From contig CM022670.1 in the NCBI GenBank assembly GCA_012295275.1, positions 20,956,001 to 21,020,000 of the forward strand: a stretch of 64,000 nucleotides of DNA, in the 5' to 3' direction. The notes below the pieces were generated by a model. It had not been told where the DNA came from. It was given only the letters and a program-made list of their open reading frames with translations, and did no database searches. Of the stretch, positions 1 through 33,706 are shown piece by piece. Numbering within the stretch: the stretch's first letter is position 1; each line of letters opens with the position of its first letter. The DNA is from Chrysomallon squamiferum. Lineage: Eukaryota > Animalia > Mollusca. The position numbers were made by a program, and so were the translations under genes.

Positions 1-9
1 CAGACAGAC

Positions 10-122
<113 letters not shown>

Positions 123-400
123 TAAACATACAACCCAAGAGGTGAAATACATTAAACTATTTATTAATTAATAAATAGGAATATATATATATCTATATAA
201 TAGTAGCACTAAAAGAAAAGTTAACTAAGAAAGTAGAAAAGGAAATAATGAAAAGAAAACGAAAAATAAAAGTATTAAAAAAAAGGAAAGAAAGAAGCAC
301 AAAGAAAATAAACATAAAAGAAAAGAAAGAAGGGAAAAAGAAAAAATATATTTCTTTGCCTGTAACGAGATCAAATAATCTACAGAAGACTGTGTACTAC

Positions 401-21002
<20,602 letters not shown>

Positions 21003-21991
21003 AGTAAATAACAAGTCTGGTCTTAGTGGCGGTTCTATTTCAATTAAAAATAATTACAGGATGTTGGAGATCCATTCACGAAAGCGGAGCATAACTTGAA
21101 CCCTTGCGTTTCCTCCTTAAAGTTATTAAAGGCTAACCTAGACTTCATTGGCCCAGTACGGATATTTCTTCTTTTTTCCCCCCCCAAACTCTGAAGTTAG
21201 ATATTAGATCATTTACTGTCACAACATTTAATGCCTTAAGATAAGAAATGGCGCTGTTTTCTGTAACACAATAAACAATACCAATAAAATAGGTTAGAGG
21301 TCTCGCGAAAGTAAATGAAAAATAACCAGAGGTGGTTATAAAAAAAAAAAAAAAAAAAAAATATTTCAAAACGACATTTAATTGAAATGTAAATCTTAAA
21401 ATAGTTCTGGGGTGAATTCGAAGTTAGGATGTTATTTATTTTAATAAACAGTTTTCTAAGACATCGTAACATTAGCTAACGACGACTGTGGAAAGGTGTT
21501 TTTTTCAAGTAAACAGAAAACGGAACCAGTCTACGAAACAATGCCGCCATTATTGGCGAGTGCCAGTGATCGTCGTTATCTACAAATACTGGCTGCGAGG
21601 CTGGACACAAATAAAGAAACTTTGTCTTTTAAAAGAAAGAGAAAACAGGTTTTGGTCGATTTATTACGACTAGGTGCAGCGGGGAGCCAGACTGCCCATA
21701 AAACGTTTAAGTTTACAATTACACGAAACAGACGAATAACTATTTCTACAAGAAGTTCTGGAAAACAGTGCGAATAGGCCTATCGCTAATAAACACACAT
21801 TGTTGACGAAAAGGTCAAGAATGAATATTAAAGTTTAATGTCATCTCAACACTATATTATATTAGGTTGGAACTTTAAGTATAATGATAATAGACATCCA
21901 CATCCACATATATATACATATACATATATATATATATACATACACGTGTGTGTTTGTGTGTGTATACATAATATGTATGTATAAATATGTG

Positions 21992-22692
21992 TCATCTATT
22001 CTTCAAAATCTCTCATTTACAACAAATGATGTGTCAAAAGAGGTATGTGCTTAATGTATCTTTGTAGAGTACACACAATAATAATATTAATAAGTAGAAG
22101 AAAAAGATAAAAGGAATAATAATAATGATAATAATGTTAATGATTATATAATAATACAAATATTCTCTCATGTTTAATATATCCTAAAATCAGGTGACGG
22201 GACTCGAGCGTATTGCACCCATTCGTCCGCACTCCGAAGGCGGTCGTTTTTACCGTTTTGCTACCCAGACACTTTTAAAAAACCTGCTCATAAACCGAGG
22301 TTACTTATCGCTTCCCACGAAACACGCCGATCTTTGTCTTTCGTTATTTCTGCGTGCATCTGTTGTAGACATACGTACGTATGTATATATTTATCTGTGT
22401 GTTTATGTATTTGTGTGTGTGTGTGTGTGTGTGTTTAAATAGTACACACAATAACAAGTAGAAGAAGAAGAACGGTAATAATAATAATAATAATAGTAGT
22501 AGTAATAATAATAATAATGTTAATGATTATATAATAATAAAAATATTCTCTGATGTTTAATATATGCAAAAATCAGGGGTGTCACCCTGTGACGGGACTC
22601 GAACGTATTTTTACTGTTCGTCCATCCAGACACCCTTAATAAAAAGCTGCTCATTATCCGAGGTTAATTATCGCTTCCCGCGAAACACGGCT
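21992..22692 (+). repeat. Displaced duplicate of the HLTF exon-3 3' end plus intron, partly tandem-duplicated
   Basis: 21992-22192 aligns with 28661-28878 (tcatctattcttcaaaatctctcatttacaaca...aaaagag|gtatgt...attctctcatgtttaatatat). 22441-22692 repeats ~22068-22330. Confidence 0.85.
22193..22271 (-). ncRNA. tRNA-like sequence (tRNA pseudogene or tRNA-derived SINE head)
   Basis: The reverse complement GTCTGGGTAGCAAAACGGTAAAAACGACCGCCTTCGGAGTGCGGAC...GCTCGAGTCCCGTCACC has an A-box-like TAGCAAAACGG, an anticodon-loop-like CTTCGGA and a B-box-like GCTCGAGTCC. The sister copy at ~22589-22633 has a perfect GTTCGAGTCC. The acceptor stem does not pair cleanly. Confidence 0.45.
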
Positions 22693-22848
22693 TAATAGAA
22701 AACAGCGCTATGCTGTTTAACACTAAAAAACAATAATCGAAATTTAGAAAGAAATAAAAAGGAAAGAAAGAAATAAAAATAAAAAAAAAATATTAATGTT
22801 TCAAAATTTATATTAAGAAAAATAATTTGTTTTCATTTTCACTTATTT

Positions 22849-22891
<43 letters not shown>

Positions 22892-22964
22892 GTTAAAGAA
22901 TAGCATAGACGTTATACTTAAGATGCAAGACATAGTTGTTTTAATAGTTCATAAGAGCTGCTTT

Positions 22965-23025
<61 letters not shown>

Positions 23026-23470
23026 GTATGTATGTATGTATGTGTGTGTGTGTGTGTGTATGTGTGTGTTTGTGTGTGTACATGGTTTCCATGCGTGCAT
23101 ATATTTGTAAATTTATACATAAACGCAAATAAACTGAAGCTGTGCAAAAATGTTATCGTCTCATTTGACGTAATTTATGGGCAGCTTTCATCAAGTTTAC
23201 AGATAAAACCTTAAATCAAATAAATCTGATGACAGTTATCATAACAAGCTGATAAGATTAACAGTAAGTTCATGTATATATAAATATATCTTTTTATTTT
23301 TTTTTATTTTTTTTTCGTTATTCCTAGAAAACATAATTTAATTAATATTGTTTCATCATAATTATTATCAGTATTATTATTATTATTAATATTAATATTA
23401 TTATTGGTCAGCTGTCATTTATTTATTTATTTACACACAGTCCTCTGACTATAAACTGTGTGTGTGTGTT

Positions 23471-23527
<57 letters not shown>

Positions 23528-24323
23528 CTAAAGTTTCCAAGAATTAGGCCAAACATTTGAAATAGACCTCTAGTCATTAGGCAAAATGACTGAATGAAAA
23601 AGAATGACTTATAATTACATGAAAACATTAATTTCGAAACACATCTACTTATTACAGCAATTCAAACATGAGTGACAACTTAACTGCACAAAAGACTGTG
23701 CTTAAAACATTTACAATGTTCTGTTTGACACCTCGTTGTCCGCATTTCAAAAATCCTTGTCTTCCTGAGGATGACTCCTTTTACACCGCTGCTCTAAGAG
23801 ACATTGTGCTTTCTCTGTTCAGATTATGCCTGACGGTAAAATAGCACACCTCAGTAAGTATTTGAATATATAAGTATATCAAAATAACGTTCTGCTTGGC
23901 AGGACGTCAAATTAAAAATCAGTTAACAATAACAACGTGGTATCAATGCTTACAATGATGGTCAGTGTTGACCTCAGAATACCAGCTATTGTTAATCGTT
24001 GATTTAGAAATAATAGCCTACAGTTTACTTTGATCAATCTGATTTCAGGTTACCAGCTATTATGAAATAATGGTTATACTAATTCAGTACATATATTTTT
24101 ATAATTATATAGTTAAATAGGAATTTATTAGAAAGTCACATCAGACTAGCTTTCAGTTACTTAAACATAGCCGTAAGAACTTGTAGTTACCTAAGTGATC
24201 TGGATCTATATAACTCCCACACGTCTCTTATATAGGGTGTAATACTGATCTCTCCCAACCAAAATACGACATCTGCTTTTACTGCATAGGAAAGATCATA
24301 TAGGGGTTCTTTTAACATTCATC

Positions 24324-24375
<52 letters not shown>

Positions 24376-24689
24376 CTGTTTCAATTTCCCATGAAAACAA
24401 AATGCATGATTCATATTTTATTCAAACCTAAATTTATTTATCTATTGTCTTTGTCTTTTTTCAAAAGCGGAATAATCCTGTACTGTATATTCAAGACTAT
24501 CTTTGAATATTATTCTCCTCTAGTAAACTATAAAGATTTAACAGATGGACGTTCTGTGTTATTACGTTATAAGAATATCAATCAAGTAGATGGAAATGGG
24601 TAAAGGAAACTGCGAACAACGAACGTGTATTATGAAATTTACCTTGAAAATAAATGAAGTGGCATTTATAATTATTTGTTTTATTTATT

Positions 24690-24738
<49 letters not shown>

Positions 24739-24764
24739 TTTTTTGCCCCAAATGTTATTAAATA

Positions 24765-24799
<35 letters not shown>

Positions 24800-25796
24800 T
24801 GTTGTTGTTTGGTGGGGTTTTTTTTGGGGGGGGTTGTTCAAGAAGGGTAATTTCTGATTGCTGTGTTGCTAATTTTAGCCAGCTTGAGTTTGATTTTGAC
24901 AGTGACTTGTTTTTAGCAGACATTTCGGTTTACTCTGGTGAATAATTGTATATGTTGTAGTAAAAGCTTTTCTTATGAGTGAAAAAAAAAAGGGGTCATG
25001 CTGAAGGAGATCAATAGAAAATAGGTTTTTTGATGAGGACCTGATGGATTGGCACATCCGACAGTTGTCAGATGTTAACATCAGATAGTCGCATGTGGAA
25101 ACTGGATAATCCTCAAAAACTTGATAATACCCTTAAGAAATTCAAACTCAGATACACCTAGGTTTATAAACATACTGCACTGTTAGAATATGCTGGTGGA
25201 GTGAACAGCATCTTGCCCTGAAGATGAATTCAGTCATTTGACACCTCTACCTAGACGGCACACTCAGTCGTAACATTTCGATGTACAGGTCATTTCAATC
25301 TGAACAAAATGTTGTTTGCATTATAAACATCGGATTATAATTATGCATTTTATTGCATTTTAAAATACTGAGAGAAAATGCCGGCAATTTTTTAATTTCT
25401 GAAGAGCCATTTTCGGTGAGCTGCAAAATCAGACCTCAGCATAGGATGAATCTGAAGGGAAAAAAAATCTGTGTGTGTATGTTAAATACTTCATATCTAT
25501 GCGTTTTGAAGGTTTTTAATTGTATAATTGCGAAATATATGAGCTGCCAAAATCAGCATTTTCTCATCTGCGGCAATAACGTTATTTGTAAGTTCTCATA
25601 AGTGTACTATTTACTAAAACATAAACGAATATATAATCAATTTTACAATCATTAATTTTGTTCAAAGTAAGTATGTTATTTAATGTTCCTACTATTCCTG
25701 CCCCAAACCCAAAATGCTGAATAATTATGTAAAAATTAGTGATGGTAATAGGACTAGACATGAATATAAAGAGATCAGAACGTAAACAAAACAAAA

Positions 25797-25871
<75 letters not shown>

Positions 25872-27688
25872 TAAGAGAAAACCCCCAAATATCACTGTTG
25901 TGAATGACATTGTTTTAATCATACATATGTTTAGTTTGGCAAAATATCACGACAATTTATAGTTAAAATGTTTGTTCTTTGTGCGTTTCAGCGCCGCCAT
26001 TCACCACGGTTGACTTCTTATATATTATACGATTTCGTAAGAATGACCTTTCAACCCGTAAAGCTCAGCACCGTTGTCGGCGTATTTTTCCGGGTTTGTC
26101 AAAATTGAAACAGTTTCGAGGAAGACCTGAAAAAAAGAAAATTTCGTTAAAAATAGCGTAATAGGACTGTTATCTACAAGTTAATCTCTGTCGTTGAGTT
26201 CATATTTAACGTTATTTTAGATAGTATTATGAAATAATTCATAAAGAAATAATAATTTTAGATTTTTTTTTTTTTTTAAGTAACATATCAAATATTTAAG
26301 TATCTACTTTCACTTTAAACTTTATTAATTTTTATTTAGTTTTTATACTTGTCACTTTAAAATTCGTAATCTGCGATCTTATTCATACTTCAGTAAATAA
26401 AGCAGCAACAACAAAAGGTTGTATTTACATATATATATATATATGTAAAAGCGAAATGTTTTAAAAGTAGATCTACTTTATAACTGCATCTACAGGTAGT
26501 CGGATACAAACAGAAAGTTATTTTACTTTAAGTTAATATATGTTATTAGTATACATAGAACTGTTAATTTATATTTAATTTTTGTTTTGAATTAATATTA
26601 ATAATAATAATAATAATAATAATAGTGGTAGTAGTAGTAGTACTAATAATAGTAGTAGTATTAATAATAATAATAGTAGTAGTAGTAGTAGTAGCAGTAG
26701 TAGTAGTAGTAGTAGTAGTGGTAACAGTAATAGTGGTAGTAGTAGTAGTACTAATAATAGTATTTTTAATAATAATAATAATAATAAAGGGTGCTTATAT
26801 TTTATTTATTATACTGGATTTTGTTTGTAAATTTTAAAGTATTTATCTTCTTTTGTTATATTCCAAATGTATGGGTATGCTGGTATGTATTTATATATGT
26901 GTGAGTGTATGTGTATGTGTTTATATATATGTATGTATATAATGTGTGTATGTATAATATGTATGTATGTATGTATTTGCATATGCAGAAAATTGGGTAT
27001 GTAGGTATATGTGTATACTTTTTCATTTCACAGGTGAAAAAAGAAGAGTGAAATGCTCTGACACTGTTAATGTAAATGAGGAAATTAGTAACACATTGAA
27101 AGTAAATTAGTGATGGGAAACCATCTAACAATGGGAAACCATCTAACAATGGGAAACCATCACAGCCAAGCACAAAGTACATCAACAGTGGAGGAGATGC
27201 TGGACGATGGGGAAACACTGTTGTGTACACTTTACAGTGAGATTGCTGGAAAGCAGCATTATGAAGGAAAAGTAAGATAAAAAATGTTTTAAATTATTTA
27301 TTTATTTATTGAATTTATTTACTTCTATGCGATTTATTTAGCAATGAAAGTATAATTGTATCTGTTATTTAGAAAAATTATACTAAAGTAAAGCAGTGGT
27401 GATGTTTGTAAATGTATTTATTTACTTCCAAGTAATAGTTTTACTTGTTGCTGAACACCAGCCTTTGCTGATCATAAAGTATAACAAAATGACAAGTATG
27501 CATTAAGGTCACTTTCACACACACATTTATATATATATATACATCAGACACACACACAAATACACACACACACAGTTTTTTATTGTCATAATTTTTATTG
27601 GCAAAGCATCATTAACAGATAAAAAGTTCACTTGTCTGTGGTGTGTGTAAATGGATATAATGAGATGAAGAAAGAGGTAAAGTGCCTC

Positions 27689-27729
<41 letters not shown>

Positions 27730-27733
27730 CACA

Positions 27734-27867
27734 TTTAAATCAGAGAGATAATTCAGATTAATATATTACAGTTTAAATCAGAGAGATAATTCAGATTAAT
27801 ATATTACAGTTTAAATCAGAGAGATAATTCAGATTAATATATTACAGTTTAAATCAGATAATTTAGA
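27734..27867. repeat. 38-bp minisatellite, ~3.5 copies
   Basis: Unit tttaaatcagagagataattcagattaatatattacag starts at 27734, 27772 and 27810, with a partial copy at 27848. Confidence 0.95.
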
Positions 27868-29948
27868 TTTTCATTTGTTGATTAAACAAAACATGTCAAT
27901 TGTGTTTGAATTTGTAGGCTGATCACCTTGAACATGTAACTCTTCTAAGAGAACCCTTCAACTATTTTGATCCCATTAGAGTGGAAAATAAAGATGGAAA
28001 AATTGTGGGATGTATTGAGAGAAGTATGACCGAGGCACTGGCTGAAATCATGGACAGGCAGTTGGCTAGAATTGAAGCGTACGTATATTATGATAATATT
28101 TCCAGGCTGGATTTATTACTGCAAGATCTTAACAGACAGAAACTTTACTTTATTTAATTTAGGATTCCAATGTTGTTATTATAATTGTTGTTGTTATTAA
28201 TAATTGTAACTGCTATAGCATTCATTTTGAGAAATTTTAAAAAATCTGAAAAAAAAAACACCCCAAAAAACAACCATTAAATGTTTTAGTATATTTATTA
28301 TAGAATATGCTTTATGGAATTTCTTTATGTTTTTATACTTTAAAACAGAAAAGGCCAGGTAGGAGACTGTGGTAGTCCTTATTATCCAGTGTTGTAGTGA
28401 ATTAGAATGTGTTATAAAAGTGTTGCACATTTCTTGTAAAGTTACTTGTCCTACAGCAAAATGTTCAGCCCTAAAAATTTTAAAGCATTGGTTTGAGTAA
28501 AAATCAATGTATCTTACAGTGGATGACTGAAAACAAGGTTCATTAAGTCTATGTTTTCATCAGTGATGTATTTTCATTTTTCAGTATAGTTCAACAAGAC
28601 CTATATACATTTGGGGTTAAACTGGAAATCTGGTGCAAGCAAAAAAACCATCAATGTGTTTCATCTATTCTTCAAAATCTCTCATTTACAACACATAATG
28701 TATTAAAAGAGGTATGTTTTTAATGTATCTCTTTGTAAAGAGTACACAAAATAATAATAATAATAATGATGATGATGATAATAAAAGGAATAATAATAGT
28801 AATAATAATAATAATAATAATGTTGATGATTATATAATAATAAAAACATTCTCTCATGTTTAATATATGCAAAAATCATAATTGTGTACATGTACACAGA
28901 CATAAAAAAATTTAATTTTCATATATATATATCATTTCTTTATTCATCTATTCAGAGGGAGGGATTATTTGAATCTTTACCTGAGGGTGACAAAACATCA
29001 ATGGCAGAGGCAGCACCAGTCAGTATTGACTAAATTTTGTTATACTTCATATTTAAACAATTATTTACTTATATATTTTGTCTAAATAACAGTATTAACT
29101 GTTAATTACTAATTAATTATATGTAAACAAATTCTGATAAATACATATCATATTTGGATATGTGTGTGTGCTTACTCAAGTAAATACTGAACTGATTATT
29201 GTTTTTCCTATGTATATATTTAAATTTTGAAATTCTATTTCTACTTTTCATTTGCTTTTACATAAATCCATGGCCATAAATTTTAGGTTTCATTCTTGTC
29301 AAATTCTTCCATTCGTGAAGTTAATCCACTTGTTAAAATGGCATCTAAAGTTTTCCACAAAGGTGAAAGACACCAAGACTAAGTTTTACCCCATCATTTT
29401 TGTTACAAGATTTTGAAAGTATTGTGTTTATTTTGCAGGCTGTGAAAACAGCACTGTATCCTCACCAGAAACAAGCTTTGCACTGGATGATATCACGTGA
29501 AAATGATAACATCCTGCCACCATTTTGGGAAGAACAGATGAATGGGACTTACTACAACACAATGGATAAATCAACAGTCAAAAACAGGCCGAAAAGCATC
29601 AAAGGAGGTAGATTAAAATATTCCTTAGTTAGTGCCCCCATAGATATATGTGCATTTTAACAAGAAACAAAACAATCACCCTTAAGAACACAAGATATAT
29701 GTACATTATTTATTATACATTGGTGAACTTAAAATAAAAAGTGTGAAGTAAGAATATCGGATTCAATTTTAGGTCTTCTAGCTGATGACATGGGTTTGGG
29801 CAAGACACTGACGACGATTGCCTTGATTCTGACAAACTCTGCTGACAAAAACCACTGGTGGAACCAAAGTCAAGCTGTCAAATGCTGCCAGTTCAAATAA
29901 AAGAAGAAGTAAGTACAGAAGATTATTCCACATTAATTTGGATCCCAG

Positions 29949-30415
29949 TACTGGGGAATCTGGGGACAGATGAGCCATTTTTTAAATATTTGGTCAATTT
30001 ACCCAAACCTTGATAGCTGTTGACTGAAAAACTGTTGATACTTAAGAAGGCATACTGTTCTTGACTACAATGTAGAGTTTGATAGGTTGTCTTCAACATT
30101 ATCATTGTGGCAGACACTTATGAAACAGGAAAAAGGACTTCACAGTCCCCATTGTCATCTTTTGGTTGTGTAATTATACCTGTGTAGTGAACATTGCTCT
30201 TCAGTAGCTCTGCTGAGAAGAGATCTCTCTTTGTCTTCCATTCTTTATTTCTGTGCATTTTTTTTTTACCAGATACAGCACTCTAGTCTATCCAGAAGAT
30301 TAGTACTACCAGTAATTAATTATCTATCAAATAACATTGATTTTATTGCTATATTTAGTTTATGGGATCACTTGAAGGTCCCTATGGCTCATCAGTCCCC
30401 AGTTTCCTCTACATA
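29949..30415. mobile_element. Short non-autonomous TIR element (MITE-like) in an HLTF intron
   Basis: Left ggggaatctggggacagatgagcca (29953-29977) is the inverted repeat of tggctcatcagtccccagtttcctc (30385-30409), 22/25 match. TA lies near both ends. Exact termini are uncertain. Confidence 0.65.
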
Positions 30416-33279
30416 ACAGAGGGAAATAAAATCAACATTTAGAAAAGAAAGACTTGTTTTCTTTACTGCTGAACAGAAAATACTGCTAGGAACTTCAAAG
30501 AATTATTTTGCAGATAATTGGTTATAATGATAAAATTGCTTTTAAAATCAAATGCACATCCAGGATTTTAATAAGGAATACTGCATAGAATCCATAGTTG
30601 ATGCAAACTCAGTTTTCTGAGATGAGAGCAGTTTTACAAAAAACCCAAAAAGGTAACAGAGTATTGTACACTGAATAGGGAAAGATCATGTACTGATACT
30701 GGGTGATGGTAAATGAATTTTTGTTTTTTAAATGATAAATCAAGGGATATTTTAATCTGTACCTAACCAAACAAAAGTGATTAAATATTCACTGGTAATC
30801 TGTTATTAAGAAAAGTGTAAACTTCTGAAGTGATACAATATCTCTCCTTTTGTTAACCTTATATAAACAAAACAGAAACAATGGTTGGAATAAATAACTG
30901 CACATTACCTTTACTAATAATAAAGTATTACATTAATATAATAAACACGTTAAGAATTTTTTCTCCTCGTTTTTAAACATGTAACATTTTTTTAAATCTT
31001 ACAAAAAAAAATTAAAAATCTTATAGATAATTAGAAAAAGCATCACTAAAAGTAATTTATTCATTTTGTCTTTGTAAAGAAAATATCATCAGTCTGCTGT
31101 TCTTCTGTCTGTGTTAAGATGATATCATAAATCATTTTACAGTCAGTGTAAACATTATTTAAATTTATTTTCAATTTAATTTTCAGAATCTTTTGGGTTT
31201 TGCTGAATATAGTGGTAACATGAAAATGGTTAATAATTTATCAGATGTTGACCCACATCCCTCAACAAGCAAGACACATGAAGATTGTGAAGTAATTGTA
31301 ATATCAGATTCTGATGAAGAAGATGGTGGGTAGAATTTAGATTTTTATTTAAGCAAATGTAAAGTTAAAAATTAAAATTCAGTAATGTTATAATCAATTA
31401 ATAATTATAATTTATAACTTATTAATTGTAATATCAGATTCTGACCAATTTACTTCTTATTTAAGGAACTGTAAAATTGAAAATTAAAATTCAGTAATGT
31501 CATAATTAATTAGATAGGTTACCATGGAAATTAACCCAAAACATACCACTACAGTTACATGAACATTTAAAAGTAACATTTAGCATGGTAAATGTCCATA
31601 ACTAGTTGTGTTGAAAACAAAATCAGAGTTTGTTTTTATTTTCTGTTCTCTGCATTTGGATGTATCCAAAAAAATATTATTTTTTGAATCTGAATTTACT
31701 TTGTTTTTTTGGTTAAGAGGAAGATATTGATAACAGAGATAAGAATGAACAAGATGATGTGTCCAGCACTCCCAAAACATTTTCAATGACAGCAAAGTAA
31801 ATTTTCTTTTTCTTGTATTTCTGGGGTTTTTTATAATGTTTAACAATACAAACCAGTATGATTTCATGAAGTATAAGTCATCAGCATATCACAAATTTTC
31901 AATGTCAGCAATCCACTGCTTTGTGTAATCAAAATGCAAGCTTTGTATAATTAAATAATTATATATTCCACAATATATGATGCATTAGTCTGTAGAATAT
32001 ATGAATTAGGTTTTAGCTTTATTTTAGCTTTTGTATTATCAGTTTGACTCAGGTCAGTTTCATGGCTAGCAGGCTGCCTACTTGTCTGAGCTAGATGGAG
32101 AATTCTCTGGTTAAACAGCAAGCTAGTTGTCTGATTAGTTGGTTGGCCATTTGTTTAGTAAGTATCTTTTGTATTCATCTGCTTAGTGGTTGTCTGGCTT
32201 TCTGCTTAGTTCTTGGCTGGTTTTTTTACTTAGTGCTTGTCTAACTTTCTGCCTACTGACTTGCTGGTTTTTATGGTTGCATCACTTTCTTGAGTCTACT
32301 TGTTTGGTTGATTTTAATATATATTTCAGTTAGTTGAAATTACTATGATAAATGTTTTATTAACATTGGTATGGAAATTTAGCAGTATTTTAACATAATA
32401 ATTTGGTGTTGCAGATCAAACAGAAAACGTAGGTTGTCCAGAATCACTGACTCAGATGATACAGATGATGATACTTCTAGGAAGAAAAGTGAGTGACAGC
32501 CCTGATAATATTGAGAATATTTAGTATATCTTTATGTAACACATGTAGCAGATGTTGAAGAAAACTAGCTATGGTTAGTTGTTCTTTATGAATCATAGAA
32601 AATTAATAGAAATAAAACATGTATTCAAGGGTTTTTTTGACAATTGAGTCTGGCATTTTCAGTATATAAAGCCTGTATAAAAATGTTAAAACATGTTTAT
32701 ATTTTATGTGAATATATAGATGACAGAGATATGTATGTAAATATGTATATAAGCACATACACACACACAGACAGACACACACACTAACACCCATCCCCAT
32801 ACATGCATACACTACAACTTATTTAAATACAAACACAAACACATATTCATCAGATATATATGCACACATCTTTTAATTTAGCATAATTCTAGAGAATATT
32901 ATTTAAAAGAAAAGTGATTATGTTTTCGTTTTTTTAACTGTGAATTTAGCTATGAAAACTATTAAGTCTGTTAGCCCCACTAAACTGAATATGTTATTAT
33001 TGTTATTATTAATAATAGTAGTAGTAGTATTTTTGCTTTTATTTTAATTTTTTAATTTTTTATTTTAATAGATCATTTTCAAAACTCCATCACCAGAGGC
33101 AAAAGTGAAATGAAAATAGTCTGCAGAAATCCATTTCCAGAAAAATCAGAAGTAAGATTTTAAACTTTAACTGAGAGATATAAGAATGGCTGAATGTATA
33201 ATGTGAAAACATATGTTACATTTAAAGCAGCTTATTTTTAATAACAGTTCCATTTTAAATACACTGGTTATTAGGAATC

Positions 33280-33415
33280 AAATATTTTAATTAACAACAC
33301 ACTCAACACTTATTGGTGCTGATATGGCAGTGGAGTGCTCAGATAAAAATAGAGGAAAACAGCAAGGAATCTTTTGCTTGTGCATTATACTACATTCCAA
33401 GGTCTTTGTTACACC
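33280..33415. mobile_element. Decayed copy of the same SINE-like repeat
   Basis: ttaattaacaacacactcaacac...cagata...cagcaaggaatctttt...ggtctttgttacacc is similar to 6475-6722. Confidence 0.45.
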
Positions 33416-33653
33416 TTAAGATTTAAACAGTTAGTATTTAATTTTAACAAATCATAAAAGTGTGTTTGATTTTAAAATTATATTTTTTATGTCTAATGTA
33501 TTTTAGAGCAGGTCATGTGAGAGAGATAGTGAATATTCTGATTATCTCCCTTCTCTTAACAATTCACCAATGTCAGACCAAATATGTGACAGTGACAGCT
33601 GCAGTAAGTAATTGACAAAGAGAAAACAAATTAAAAATAAGCATTAAGAAAGG

Positions 33654-33706
<53 letters not shown>

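Noticed and set aside
21496-21777. 93-aa plus-strand ORF upstream of the RTK
   Set aside because: No domain or splice support; more likely RTK promoter or 5' region.
24850-25290. Complex sequence with ctgaagatga..gtcgtaac, as a possible Penelope or hammerhead relic
   Set aside because: The GAAA core is absent, I could not build the stems, and I found no recognisable protein motif in the frames I read.
27734-27867. 38-bp direct repeats resembling a CRISPR array
   Set aside because: Head-to-tail with no spacers, inside a eukaryotic intron, and no cas genes.
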